From NCBI GenBank assembly GCA_905178155.1, contig CAJINV010000014.1:2327923-2391922 (forward strand): a DNA stretch of 64,000 nt, written 5' to 3'. A program made the position numbers and the translations under genes. Below the pieces are notes generated by a model. The model was given only the letters and a program-made list of their open reading frames with translations. It made no database searches and had not been told where the DNA came from. Shown in pieces: positions 1-13,100 of the stretch (within the stretch, counting starts at the first letter, position 1; each line of letters begins with the position of its first letter). The stretch is from Amoebophrya sp. A120. Its lineage: Eukaryota > Protista > Dinoflagellata.

Positions 1-1505
1 TTGATCTGCAATTCGTGATTACTTTCGTCCCTCGAAGATGTCGTGGTCTGGTTCGTCTGCGTTCTTGTGTGGTCAAGAACTTGTTCTTGTTGACTCTGAT
101 CATGAGTGTGTCTTTGAAGATTGCTTGTTGTCGCTGTTCGTGTTCCTCGTCCTCCTCCTGTCTCTATCGCTCTATAACCCGGAGGAACATACTCGTCAAA
201 ATCGTGCTCGCTATCGAGTTCCGAGATTGCGGAGAGGTTCGACGTCTGACGGCGCATCAACTCCCTCTCGTGCTTGGAGGGAGAGGGTGAAGACGCAGCA
301 GGAGGAGTATCTGGCTGATAAGTATGATTAGCTCCACCTATCGGCGCGGTGGTGGAACCTTCTGGCCTGCTCCTCGCAGAGGAGCTGCTCGCACCGGACG
401 AACGGCCTGTAGATTGTGCTGACATCGGTTCTTGCAGATTAATATGGTCCATTGCGGCCTCCCCTTCGCCACTGGGAGATAATCTATGCGGCTGCGGTGA
501 TGCTGGCGCTGCGCCGGTATTTGTATTTCCGATAATTTTTCCGTCCCTGTCCCGGTCCCTCCCGCCCCCGTACATTACATATTTTTCGTACCTGTCATTC
601 GCCACCATGAGATAGTTTTGCGGCTTCAAGTCGAAGTGCACGATCCCGTACTCGTGAATCAGAGCCACAGAATCCACCATCTGCGCCCAGCACCGGATCA
701 CCTCCTCCAAAGGCATGCCGCCCCCGTACATCTTCGTGTCCAGCAAGCCCTTTTCGTTCTCCACGATGACCGGGCGGAGGAACGACGACTGGTAGGCCAG
801 GAAGTCGCACTCCGCGTACTCTAACAGGATGAAAAGCTGCCCCTTGTCCGCGATCGCGTGCGAATCATGGCAGCGGATGACGTGTTTTCGCCCCTGGGGC
901 GTGTCGCGGAATTTTTTCAGTAGGTTCACTTCCTCCTGAAAAATCGCCATGTGCATGGGGGTTTTCGCGGAAACCACTTTCAGTGCGTATTGCTTGTTGT
1001 CCCTTTTCACTTCATACACTTCCGCGGATCCGCCCTTGCCCATCAACTTCCCACACACAAAGCTGCCGTCGGACAGCTTCACGTTGGATAAGTCGTCGTT
1101 TATGGGCGGATAGTTTTGGTAGGAGCCGTTATGTACAACTACTCCATCGGGATGTTGTTGAACACGGGGGCTGCTTATCGCAGATTTGTTTTTTCTCTTG
1201 TTCAGCTGCTGGCTTTTCTGTAGCTGATGCCCTTTTGTCTCGGCAAACTCTCTCGCGCCACCTCCTCTACTACTACGTGCTACTGGCCCTCGTTGCTGGT
1301 TATCAACATGTTGTTGGCCGCTGGCGAATGCAGAAGGCATGATGTGCGGCGCTGTCGGCGGGGGGACGATATTCTGAATGTTGTTTCCAGAGGTTTTCCT
1401 TTCCTGGTGACCCCTTTGCTGACCGTCTTGTTGTCGCTGTTGATAAGGTTCCACAGCTGGTGGTGCCCGATTAGCGGACGACCGGGCACGCTGAAAACGG
1501 GACAT
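1..1505 (-). CDS. MPS1: Mps1/TTK-like protein kinase, 3'-partial (runs off window start)
   Basis: Not in the ORF track because no stop lies inside the window. Manual translation from ATG 1505 gives GKGGSAEVYEV...YALKVV...FQEEVNLLKK...LLEYAECDF...CWAQMVDSVALIHEYGIVHFDLKPQNYL, which resembles the Mps1 pattern [36 protein letters not shown]. The frame is open to base 1. An upstream exon is possible. Confidence 0.75.
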   Translation of the reverse strand, partial: MSRFQRARSSANRAPPAVEPYQQRQQDGQQRGHQERKTSGNNIQNIVPPPTAPHIMPSAFASGQQHVDNQQRGPVARSSRGGGAREFAETKGHQLQKSQQLNKRKNKSAISSPRVQQHPDGVVVHNGSYQNYPPINDDLSNVKLSDGSFVCGKLMGKGGSAEVYEVKRDNKQYALKVVSAKTPMHMAIFQEEVNLLKKFRDTPQGRKHVIRCHDSHAIADKGQLFILLEYAECDFLAYQSSFLRPVIVENEKGLLDTKMYGGGMPLEEVIRCWAQMVDSVALIHEYGIVHFDLKPQNYLMVANDRYEKYVMYGGGRDRDRDGKIIGNTNTGAAPASPQPHRLSPSGEGEAAMDHINLQEPMSAQSTGRSSGASSSSARSRPEGSTTAPIGGANHTYQPDTPPAASSPSPSKHERELMRRQTSNLSAISELDSEHDFDEYVPPGYRAIETGGGRGTRTATTSNLQRHTHDQSQQEQVLDHTRTQTNQTTTSSRDESNHELQI

Positions 1506-3111
1506 TTTCTTTTTTTTCTGACCCGCCGTGGCAATACTTGTACTCGGCTGCTCGTTACACTATGTATCAGTATCTCTTCTTTTTTAAAACTTCATATCAT
1601 CATGCTCCTCAAAGAAATTCCATTTTGTTAAGTTTTTGTCTAGGAACATAGATATAAGCAAAAACAAAAATCATATATTCGACGATATTTCATCAGCTGT
1701 AGCATCAGCATGTACAAACACAAAGGCGACCAACAAGGCAGCAAGAAAATAGGAGTAGAAGCCTAGTAAGTTATGGTGCGTGGTCTGCTTCACATTTTTT
1801 ACCGCCCACAAAATCATTGATGCTCAACGTTGATCGACATTTCGTTATCCTTCGTGACATCCAATTTTGTATGAATTTGTGTTGCGGATCATCATTAGTA
1901 CGTAGAAGCACATCTTTACAATCCGGAGAGCTAGATGAATGTGAACCAGAGATCTCCGCATGAAGATTGTTCCTCGTAGTTGCCGACCTTCTTGTCAAGA
2001 ACTTCAACTTTATTGTTATGTCACAAGATCCAACTACACACGTCTTTTGTCTACCGAAACTTTCACGCGGTACAGCCAGCCCGCCAAAGACCGACCTCGA
2101 TGTTACCAGAAAATGAATCTTCCATTTTTTCAATTGATGCACGACCGAAAACGAGAAATGTAGATGTAGAGGGCACGTTCTTGATTTTTTTCGGATTTTC
2201 ACACGATCTTGTTATCTTTTCTTCCTGCTCGTCTGCACTAGTAAGTAGCATATGCATATGCATAGGGACAGGGTGGGAGCCAGCCACCTGTGCTAAAAAT
2301 ATGGCAACAGACTTGCAGGAAAAAATTGCGTCGAGAATTGCAAGTGCCAATATCGTTCAGTTTCAGTTTTTCATCCGAGATCACGACTTCGATGAGGCAT
2401 ACTCCTGATATCCAAACCGAGGCTGCGCTCGCAGGGCTTCACAGCACAAATAGCATACCGAAACCGATGGAATAAAGCACATAATTTGTGCGGCTCCGAT
2501 GTGGCTCTAGGTCCACTTTCACAGGCAATGGGAACAGTTTGAAGCTAGAGTAGCTTCATGCAGTATGCAACATGCAATCGCAATGGCATGGGCCTAATAA
2601 CATATTCGAACTCGTCTGCTTTCTGTTCCCGTTAAGTCAACGCATTTCATCCAAACATTGGTGCAAAAACAAATGGCAATGGCCATGGCGACAGCGCGCA
2701 TGCATAATGCATTACTTGTGACATTGAATTGACAAAAAGATTTTGCTCTTTTCCCGGAGGTGGGTAGACATTGTATAGTTTCTTGACCATGATGAAATTT
2801 CAAATCGACTAAAATTGCAGGAGATGCAAAAAAGTCTACTTGCGAGATTTGTATAGGCAAAAATGGTTTTTATTTGGTTAAGGTTAAGCAGGTAATGAAG
2901 ATTGTTCTTGTTGACCCGAAAATTTTACAAATTCGATTGAAACAGCATGCGATATGACTCTACCAAACTTTCAAATTATTGTACATGATTTTGATTTGAA
3001 TGACAGTGGCAACAGCGTTACTTGGTTAGTAGGTTGAAATATTTACAGAGCACCCTTGGCTCCTCGTCTAGATTCATTTGGCAATCATTTTGCAACATAC
3101 CGCCCCTCACC

Positions 3112-6100
3112 TCACAACCCGCGGATCTGCCTTTTGCGATCGAATTCCGAAAAGAGGTGGTTCAGGGAGCTCCCCGTGCTGTTCATTTGTGCCATCATGT
3201 GCGCACCCTCGTGATTATCAACACTGTTTCCCCGTCTCTCCGCTTTCGCGGCGGCCTTGCGCGCCTTCAGCACCTGTCTCGCGCTGCCCTCCATGCGTCT
3301 CCTGTCCGGCGACATTGATCTGGCGTACCACTGCTTGTACGGGGCTTGCCCGATGTCCATTCGCGGTAACGACTCGTGCTTTGCCGGGTAGGCCGTGACG
3401 CGCTTGTGGTCCACCATCTTCTGCGTCTCCGCCATGGAGCGCCAGAACGACGCTCGTTCCAGGTCCCTCGCTTCGTCCGCCAAGTAGGACATGACCTCCA
3501 TCTTCACGGAGATCAGCCGGAGCGGTAAGCGGGCCTGGTTCCACTCCTCCTCGGTGATGTGCAGAATATCCCGCAGCCCACGGAGGGACAACAGCGCGCA
3601 CGCTTTCACGATCATGCGCTTGATCTTTTTCGCCTCGGTCTTCTCCTGTGCGGACTTGAAGATCTCTTCGTTCTTTTTGGGCACGTGCAGGTTGTCGAAC
3701 GACCTGGTATATTTTTATGTGGGTAATATCAACCATCAAGTTGTAAGGTCATCATCATACATGATGCGCAACAAGAATGCAAACGTAATATTTTTGTCTC
3801 TTTTACGACCACCTACGTACTTCATCTAAGCCTAAGGGCACCAGAAATTTGAGTTTATTTATATTTTTAGAAGAAGTTTTTCTTATTATGTATGTAAGTA
3901 CCTAAACGGCAGCGAGTGTGTTTTCTGTCTGTCGATCATGTCCTCCAGGAAGTTCAACATAATCACTGACTCGTTCGTCTTTTCGTGGTACAGCATATTC
4001 TTTACGTCGGATACTATCGGGTTCTTCTCGATGTCCATGAAAAATCCTCGCTTCACTTTGCCCATATCGTACAGCCAATTTTCGCGGTCCGGGATCGTCT
4101 TTTCGTGCGATTTATGCATTGCAAAAGTATCGTACTAGTATAAATTGCATGACAAATTTTATCAGGAAGAAAATTGGAATTTGTAATGCAGATTCGGGTA
4201 GGAAACCAGATTTGTCATGCATGTCTGCAATTCCTACGTGTACGATACTTCTGCAGTGGATAAGATTCGATTAACGTGTTGTTGATCAGGGTCCCGTCGA
4301 TGAATTTCGGTTTGCTCATGTCGATATCAAATGTAAAAGTGTCTGGGTCTGGAAGAATGCAACTTGTGATGCTGCATTTGGATTTCAGAAAAATCTGTAT
4401 TGCATGAGTACCAAAAGGAATGTAATTTTTGCTACGCGGAGAGGGCATTTGTCATGCGGAATAGGCATCAAGATTAGAAGCTCTCAAAGAATCTGTGTTG
4501 CTAGGGCATGCATCACAGGCATCAGGTTTCATGCAAAACGTGCATGACAGGTGTCAGAATCTTCCAGACCCAGACATTTTTACAGTTGATAGTCGATCTC
4601 GGACTCTAGCGGTAGTCGCGGCTTCCACGCCTTGATTTTCTCCAAGGGGTCGACTTTCTTTTTGGTGACGAATTCAAAGAAATCATCGGACTCATCTTCA
4701 TCGTCGTGCTCGACGACTTTCTGCACCTCGGTCTCCACATCGTCAAACATGGGGTGGTCATATTCCGACGGACGGGATTTCCGGTATTCTAGAGGTTTCA
4801 CTAACGGGTCGAAGGGAACCTTTTCCGCCATTTTCCTGCTACCACAGGGGTAAGGGTTCACGTTGTCGGCCCAAATTGTTACGGGACCGAGAAGGGTGCG
4901 GCGACCTGAAAAAATGAGTATGAGTATCGTTTGTGGGATAGTTTTTTCAGAAATGTTGGAAACTTCTACATCAAGATGGAAAAAAAACAAAGGATTGGAG
5001 TTGCAGTACTACAAAAATTCAGTTTATCTAACAATAGCGATTGCTATGCGGCGCACTAGCAGTGCTAGTCGTGCTGTGTAAATCAATCAACGAAAAAATA
5101 TACGTGGGTGCTTATGCGCCGGCACCCCTTGCGTTGAGCTGTCCGTGGCCATACTGATGCCTGTGCCTTTCCTCGAAAGCGGCGACCCAGTTTTGATGGT
5201 CACCCTGGCCCCCGCCAGCGTCTGACTCACTGTTACTTCCTCGGTTGGTGGTCTGTCTGGGGACGACCCCATACGGCCTTCCCCGGTCGTGATATTCTGC
5301 GTGCTGCTCGACCGCGACTGGACCATGGCGTTGTGGTGGTGCGAAGATCCTACAAGGTCCGGGTCCAAGAACTCTTTCGACGCGCCCCGACTTCCGATCG
5401 ACCCACCGGGGCTGAGGTCGTTTTGGTGAAAGGTTTGGGATCGGGTTTCGTGGGGTGAGGGGGCGGAGGAAGTCTTTTTGGTGCCGTGAATTTCGTCGGA
5501 AATTTGGGAGGAAATGTCTCGGGACATATTCTGCTCCAAAGGCACTTCCATTAAAGCCTGTGCCGACTTGCCCAATGCTGTTTTGCGGGTTTTTTCTTAT
5601 TTGCATCATCACGGTTGTAGAGATGAAAAATGAAAATGAAAACTTCAACAACTTTTGGCACAATTATAACGCAATTATCCTGTACATGGAGAAAACTCTG
5701 TGACGAGGACGTTCTTTGGATTCGTACAGGTACTATCGCTAACAAGATCAAGATCGGATCAAGAAAATCAACATGCATTTCTTGCCTCAAGAAGCTCCTG
5801 TCACGACAGGAGAGGACTCTAACAAAATACCGCTGATCGGCCTCCCTTCCACGGTGTAAAGTGGCAGCGTTTTCGTGGCGTCCCAATCTGCCGAGCTTCT
5901 CCTGCCGCGCGTCAAGGTCTCCAAAGTGTCTTCTTCCGCTAGTTTCGATCTTTCCTCGGCGGAATTTGATCTCCGGTAGGACTGGCCGTTTTTGTTCAGA
6001 AAATGGGCCGAGTTGTAGCTGAACACCTTCTTGTTCTGTGCGTCTGTAGTGGAGGATTAGATTGTACTGTTTTTTGACAGACAATAGAGAAGGTCAAGAT

Positions 6101-7679
6101 ACAACGCGTGTCTGCAGCCATGTCTGACTACTTTTTATCAGCACCACTGCCAATTTGACCCCTTGCGCAAAGAACTGGCACGCGGCACATCCGGGTATGA
6201 TCTCAAGTGAATTTTAAAAAAAACAAAAACCGAATGTAATTTATCACAATTTTTTGAAAAATAAATACAGATCTGCGCCATTCTATCTTCGTGTTCCCCG
6301 TCTTCCATCTGCCTTCCGACCTTCGTGTTCCTCTCTTTCGTCTGCGACAAGTACACCGAGTTAAACACGGACCCCTGTTGCCCGTGGACAAACACCAGAT
6401 CCGTGTTCAGGTCTTCCTGTTCCTCCTGCCGCTTGTACCCCTGTCTCGACCGGTGTTTCGCCTCGGTTAATGCCTGCTCCATGTCGGGGAGCCGGATCGG
6501 ACACGTGCCGTGGGCGGTGGCGTAGGCGGTTTTCCGCAAGTCGAATATGGGGCTCTCAAGCGTTACATTCTCAATTGTTACATGAATTCGTCATGCAAAA
6601 GCACCATCATCATCCACGCGATCAAGCTGCTTCGCATGACAAATTTGCCTAGGGCTAAACAACACCTAAATTGTGCTGAATTTGTAATGCTACAGGCGCA
6701 ATCTTTCACTTTTGCTTTTCCCATTCTTGCATCACAAATCCATCATGTAAAAGTTGAGAATGTAACATTTGAGAACGCCATATCGAAGAATCTGCGGTTC
6801 GAATCCGCGTACAAATCGATGTCGCGGAGGAGATTCGACAGAATGTCGTTGTACACGCAGGTCACGTCGGATAACTTCAGCGACATATGCAATGCAAAGG
6901 CATCGTACTCTAGTGTAAATTGCATGACAGGTTTTTTCAAGATAAAAAATGCAATTTGTAATGCTGATTTACCTTACTTGCTGGATCTGTCACGCAAGAC
7001 GGCGATTTGCACGAGTACCATACTTTTGCACAGGATACGACAACTTCTGCAGCAACTCGTTCTGCCGCATGTACCACAGCTTCGCGTCCAACGTGTTTAC
7101 CGTCGTGCTATGCGACACGAAATTCCGGTTTCGAACCAACCCGTTGTTCACCTGATTGTGGATTTTCGCGTCGAACATAATCTGCCCCGTTTGGCTCGCG
7201 GGGTGTAAAACCGTATTCGGCGGGACTTTGGTACCGCCGGAACTGGTTTGCTCGATTTTGGTTCTCCTAGATGAAACGTGCAGTCCGGGGATGGAGAGCA
7301 TGCCCTCCTCGGCGGAACTGGCATTCTCGGACTCGGTTAACGTCAACCCGGTCTTCGTTTTCAAAGTTGGGGTCTTCAGGGCCGGCTTCTTGTGGAAATT
7401 GACGTGGTCACTGGTCAGCCGGTGGTCGGCGAGCGTAACGTCGACAAGGGACTTCAAATATTCCGTTCGGTTTTCGCCCGTTTTCTTCAGGCTCGTGAGC
7501 AAGTCGGAGGTTTTTTCCCGGGTTGGGGAAGCGTCGAAGGATTCCAGTACCTCCCGGTCGTTTGCCGGATCCGCCGTGACGGGCAGCCCGGGGGAAAGGT
7601 CGCGCTCACCCCACATGCTCGTAGTTTTCCTATTCCGGTCGGAGGATTCTACTTGTTCACCTCCGTCGTGAAGACCCAT
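3112..7679 (-). CDS. Multi-exon hypothetical protein (about 9 exons; 4 GT-AG introns and 4 TIR introns)
   Basis: Minus-strand ORF pieces join in frame across GT-AG introns (6044-6268, 5578-5830, 4906-5103, about 3704-3901) and across four TIR elements (junctions QKLS|LK, RRFFD|LRK, SEID|MSK, LIES|HEK). No family recognised; start codon uncertain. Confidence 0.7.
4113..4262. mobile_element. TIR intron/introner, family A (150 bp)
   Basis: Ends tatgcattgcaaaagtatcgtac ... gtacgatacttctgcagtggata; flanking repeat cgatt/agatt (1 mismatch). Removal restores the frame. Confidence 0.9.
4325..4591. mobile_element. TIR intron/introner, family B (267 bp)
   Basis: Ends tatcaaatgtaaaagtgtctgggtctggaaga ... 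tcttccagacccagacatttttacagttgata; direct repeat gtcga. Frame restored (EID|MSK). Confidence 0.92.
6546..6782. mobile_element. TIR intron/introner, family C (237 bp)
   Basis: Ends tatggggctctcaagcgttacattctcaa ... ttgagaatgtaacatttgagaacgccata; direct repeat tcgaa. Frame restored (FFD|LRK). Confidence 0.92.
6886..7037. mobile_element. TIR intron/introner, family A (152 bp)
   Basis: Ends tatgcaatgcaaaggcatcgtac ... gtaccatacttttgcacaggata; direct repeat cgaca. Frame restored. Confidence 0.9.
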
Positions 7680-9372
7680 GATTCTGGTGGAGATGATGGC
7701 CTATCGATAGGAAGTGAAGCAGAATATGAATACGTACACGAAAATCTTCGCCCGAAGTTCTTATAAAAATCCGAAGTACTGACCACCCTTCTTCTGTTGT
7801 TTTGCAGTCCAGTCCCCGATTTCAAAAAAAAAGGCCTCGTGAGGCTTGCTGGTGTTGGTGAATATTCAGGGGGAATGGAGGTAGTGCGTTGAATTCAACG
7901 AGCAGCTTGATGACGCACTTGTTTTTCAACAACAAGAGCGGGCCGGGGTCTACAAGTTAGACTTACGACAGTGGGTTACTAGGGTAATGCAATAATGCTC
8001 GTACGTTTATCTACTTTATCTTCAACTTGTAAAAACGGAACGTGCTGGATGAAGTAACGCCAACGCGGAGGGAAGTTGTATACCGTATTGGAAACCTGAG
8101 GGCGGGATTCAAACGATTATGACTGGTGACGTGTGCAAACGAAACGATAAGGACATGGTCGCGAATAATGAAGACGAAATGAACTTCTACGCGACGACCT
8201 GCTAAGCTGTGTCTTTTCGTGTGTACCAGTACCCCGCAACGATGTTGTTCAAAAAAAGCAGATTTCTAAGTACACGACAGGTATTATTCTCTCGCTCAAC
8301 CGACTACTTTGTGTCCTTTTTCTCGCTCAAGAAAACCGATTTCCGCGGAAAAAAACGAAGAAAAACCGAAAAGTTCCAATGAGTTTTTGTTTTCAAGCTC
8401 TACTTGCGGACGATGAAGACGACTCATGTTGCATGTTGCATTTATCATGTTGGAAAAATCTGTGACCGACCAGCTACTCATTTGTCAGTGGCAAGAAGAC
8501 GGGCCAGAAGCTGTACACAGGTTCTACTTCTTCTTTCCAATATCGAGTACTACATACTGAAACTGATGGAGATGGACCCCAAGAACGCCCTATCTAGTAC
8601 TTACAAGAGCAGATGGCTGCGAACATCACAACCGTGTCGCTCCCCGAACCGACGGCCGTTTTATGCATAGAGCAGACGACGTCGGCGACGGGCTCTCCTT
8701 GCGAGAAGATTTTTTTTTGTTTCTTTCGCCCTTGACGCGATCGATGTAAAACCACATCGTCCACGCCAACGACGTTTTTTCCAAGACAAATCATGCACGT
8801 CGAAAAAGTTTCTGTTAATACAACTCATTCATGTAGTTTCACTTTTTTTTTGCTTAACCATGGCGAAAATGTTCATCCAACTTCAACTCCAATCGATCTC
8901 CATGATCCAAGTGTGGAATGCAAAATGGATCCTCCTCGAAAAGAGTGTAGTTGTTTATGCTTTTTGTTTTCCACAGCCACAGCGGCCTAAGCCTTTGATA
9001 AAAATGTAAAAAGTGCGTTTGTGTATGTGTGAAGTTCGAAAATCCAATGCTTGTGTTTTGCTTTTCATTTTCTTGTGTTGTAGAGCGCACACATAAAAAC
9101 TGTAATTACTCATTTACTACATATGTCCTGCCACTTCCTCTTTCAGAAGTCAAATCATCAAACAATAGGGTTTTCTTCTTTTTCGAGGAGTATCCTCCTG
9201 AAAAAATGAACCATCAAAATTTCAGGATCATGTCGTCGTCGACGTAATTCACCAGCATATGGTGCCCCTCAAAATTTTTTACCCATCTGTAACGTGTTCT
9301 CCACACGACCAGTGCCGCGGGTGCTGCGTCTTTCGTTTCATCTTCCATTTTCTTTTTCACATTGACTTACTT

Positions 9373-9762
9373 TTACACATCATACTCGTCATCCGAGGAA
9401 TCGACAAAGCGCCCGCGTCCACCACGCCCCGACCCCGCCGCAACCGTTTTCCCGTTGTTCTGAACCACGTGGACCGGTCCGCCCACGGCGTTGGCCCGGC
9501 GGTTGCCGTAGTGCACGCCCAACAGCGGCGGGGCGTAGCAGCAGCAGACGTAGCACCCGAAGAGGCCGTAGCCGACACCGGTGACCGCGGCGATCCAACC
9601 CACAATCGCGAGCACGGAGCACCCCTCATAGTTGGTCACCACACACTCGGCACAGAAAAACTTCGAGCAGCAGCCCGGTTCGGTACGCTTGTCGCACCCG
9701 AAGGTACCAATCGCGTTGTTGTTGTCACGGCACGCAACCTCGTTGTCCTGGTGACCCGACAT
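9373..9762 (-). CDS. Small Cys-rich protein with one predicted transmembrane helix
   Basis: 129-aa ATG ORF on the gene strand. Cys-rich N-terminus (GCDK...GCCSKFFCAEC), hydrophobic SVLAIVGWIAAVTGVGYGLFGCYVCCC, acidic C-terminus. Confidence 0.5.
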   Translation of the reverse strand: MSGHQDNEVACRDNNNAIGTFGCDKRTEPGCCSKFFCAECVVTNYEGCSVLAIVGWIAAVTGVGYGLFGCYVCCCYAPPLLGVHYGNRRANAVGGPVHVVQNNGKTVAAGSGRGGRGRFVDSSDDEYDV

Positions 9763-10147
9763 TTTGGCGATTCGGTTTTGGTAGTTTTTGTAGTACTAAA
9801 AACTTCGTATATGCGGTTGAGAAAGGGTAGAAGTTGTGTTGATTCCTCGTCGAAAGACAAAGAAGGTAGGAGTTTTCGCGGCCGTGTGTGATATTAATTC
9901 GAAGATTTTATTTGTTTTGCAACAGATGCAAAAGCAAAATACAGCGCTGGGGATATCAATTGGAATACGAAGTAGACACTTGATGCGGTGCTGTATCTTC
10001 GCAGACGGGACATGTAATAGAATTGCCTAGTATCGTTGACGATGATGGTGCATGGAAATGCCTAGTCTGATTCGTTTGATCCAACCGATGATCTGCCAGG
10101 ATCTCCATTCGTTCCCATTTGCTCCGCTGAGTGCTATCCTTTTGAAG

Positions 10148-13100
10148 GAGGAGGAGGAGGAAACCTCTATAGTAAGCTTCTATCTACTAGTCTATTACTT
10201 TCTTAAGCTTAACTATAGGACATAGTTCTGGTATCGACAAGCCGAGCTGGAAATAGATCGGTAAAGGTGGGCAAATAGTCCTTCCGGGTGTGCAAAACCT
10301 AGGACTTCAGTGCCACCCATTGTCTTCCTTTTTCCGCTCGAGGCCCGATACCGAGTCTGTACTGCGATCGCCCCACCCGACCCAGCTGCTGCATGCTCAG
10401 TGGCTCTCTGGACCTGTTTGTATCTGGACACGTATACTGGAGAGTTTCGGGTTTGTGGCGCTGGAGCGACAACCGGTTGGTGACCTAAGGCCCGTACCCG
10501 GAGTGCCCAGACGCCACACCTGTTCGACGAGAGGATGTGAGCCACTGCGCGAGGACGTAGTAATGAGGGGCAACCGCAACAGAGTTACCTGTAGGCTGAA
10601 GCCCGCAGCGAGGGTTCGTCGATCCCCCCGCTGTTGTGGTGAACGAGTACAAAGAGTTCTACCTGCGCCCGGCCGGGGCCATCGGCGTAGGTTGCACTTG
10701 GTTTTGCAACCAGCAAGAGTGTGTTTTTGAGTTTTGATATCCGGATTTCCTCGCAGGACACGAAGCACTCATAACGAAACTACGAAAGAACAGAAGTGGC
10801 ACCTCCTCCGGACAGACGCAGGCGCCGCTCCTCTAGTAGAAGTCTTACGCGGGCTGCGTCTGCCACGACCTGCTTTGTGTTTTGGGTGCTGCGCTTCCGT
10901 GTAGTACTTCTTTCTTTATTTTTTTTTTTTTCTTGCGCTCTATTTTTACGCGACGGGACCTAGAAATTTTGAGTGGGCATCAGCTGTACTCTTCTTTGCG
11001 ATTTTTGTCCTTTTCTTCTGTGACGATGGTGCCCGTATTTGGCGTCTTCGTACTTTTCGGTGTGGAAACTCAGACGGAAAACTTCTCTGTGTGTTCGTAC
11101 TCCCGCTGCGGCCATCCCGGATGCCGTGCGTCACCAGTGTGATTGGAAATGCGTAGTTCCGCTCCTCCCGCACCAACACCCTACGCACCCCGCTCATGTG
11201 ACGCACTTTCTCCTTCCTGCTCGCTGCTACGTTGGAGCTTTTTACTGAGGTGTAACTGTTTCATTTTTGTTTTTTATATTTTTGTTTCTTCGTTTTGAAC
11301 GTGAGCTGCTATGGTGTGAAAGATGTTTGCGCGTGTCCTGACTGACTGGTCTTAACTGAATGAAGCCTACTTAGAAGAGTACTACTGGAAGACTACATGA
11401 ACATAAAATATCTAGCGCGATCAAGTAACTATGCTATTCCGTACTCTTTACTTCGGTCCGGGAAACCTTCGCACCTTTCCGAACTTCGGTAGGGAATTAC
11501 CTCCCCCGACTGCCCCAACACCGGGGGGTTTCTTCGTCTGCTGCAAATCGCTCCGAATCTCGTAGCTCTGTGTCGCCTTTTTCGCCAGACCGGCAAACAG
11601 GTGCACATCTTCGGGTTGCACTCGTAGCAGGCGCTCCCGCCTTGATTCGCCTCCTCTTCCTAGACCATGTCCACCCACGGCACTAGCCTCGCTAGCGCCT
11701 TGTGATTCGGCACGACCGAGTCCAATTTCAACTGCTCTTTTTCTTCTTTCGGCTGCTCCGATGTGTCCCGCTGCACGTTCTCCCGGATCGCTTTGCGTAG
11801 CGATTCTGGTAGTATTCCCGGTTGGTTTTCAGATGTCGTTTCAAGATAGGTCAGCACTTTGCGTGTCATTTGCGTGCTTTTTAGTATTTCGCATCGCTGT
11901 TTCATACTCGTTATTTTTGGCAGGCCGAAGCACTTCTCTCTTGCTTCTACAAAATCTGCTTGCTGGCATTCATACAAAAGGTGGTCGGTGGTCGGCAAAG
12001 CTTTCTTATCACAGTATTGGCATTTCATGCCTGTTAGGTGCGGCCTTTTTGTGTTGTGTTCGAGCTTTCCCATTCCTAGGAATCCTTTTTTCGCTGTCCC
12101 CATCCATAATGCAAACATAATAGCGTCTATATACTGCGGACGCTTTTCTTCTGTTTTGTATTCCCGCATGCAAAAAGCTCGCCGCTTCAGGTATGGGTGA
12201 CATTTTGTGCTGCCTAGAAGCTTGCTTTTCGTTCTTTCCTGTACTAGTCGGCGGAGCAGGTTCACTGTCGCGTCCTTTTTGTAGAAGGGCCTCTGTAGTT
12301 CTTTTCCCTTGTTGTGGTCTAGGCCTCTTGTGGCCATCGCGTCTGCAAAATCATTATAGTAGTTCGCCAGATGTGAGGGCGTCCACCTGAAGACGAACTC
12401 GCACCCTGGCGCAGAAACTTTTTCAAGCTCTTCCAGCTCTCGCACGAGCTTGATTGTCATGACATTACTCCGGTCCCGGAAAGCCTTCATCGCCTGCAGG
12501 AGCCCGTTGTTGTCAACGAAGAAAACGTGCTTGGTTATTGTCTTCAGCCACTGTGGATCGGAGTGGGCCCGTAACGTTTTGACGTGGTTCAGCAGGCCGT
12601 AGCACTCCCCGTCAAACGAGTCCGGGTCTGTCGTCTCCTCTGGATCACCTATTTCTGACTCAATGCAACAACAACTTACCACGATCGGCGCAGGGCGTCG
12701 CCCCTGCTGTGCGGTGCGGTGCCAAGAGGCACCGCCCCCGCTCCCTCGTTCGAACTTTGCTCCCCCGTCCGTGTACGACGCCACCGTCTGCTTCTCGCGC
12801 AATAGGGAGCGCGTTACCTGTTCGTTCTTTTGCGAGATTTCAAGTCTTACCTTATCTTTCTCCTCACGATCATCCAGCCTGCCTGGATCTGGTACATCAA
12901 AATCTGCGGCAACCTGACGCATCGGCAGCACCGTAATCCTATTCACACCCCTCCAGTATTGCCGCCCTACCTGTAAGCTTTTTGCTGCTTGTGCTAAGTC
13001 GCGATACTCATCACTCAGTGCTATTCTATTCATTCTGCATGACCAGGCTTCGTTGCACCGCCCCCAGAGCGGGTTTTCGTGTGTTGTAGTTGCGCAGATC

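Noticed and set aside
1771-2860. Overlapping short ORFs on both strands
   Set aside because: No recognisable motifs or consistent exon structure; treated as intergenic, although an upstream Mps1 exon cannot be excluded.
6510-7208. Similar peptides in distant ORFs (LKRYILNCYM, LPDPDIFTFD, VTVENVTFEN) suggesting a protein family
   Set aside because: These are translations of the family B and C TIRs, not real proteins.
10213-11678. Short ORFs downstream of the RNase H ORF
   Set aside because: They lie within the retrotransposon 3' UTR and show no coding signature.
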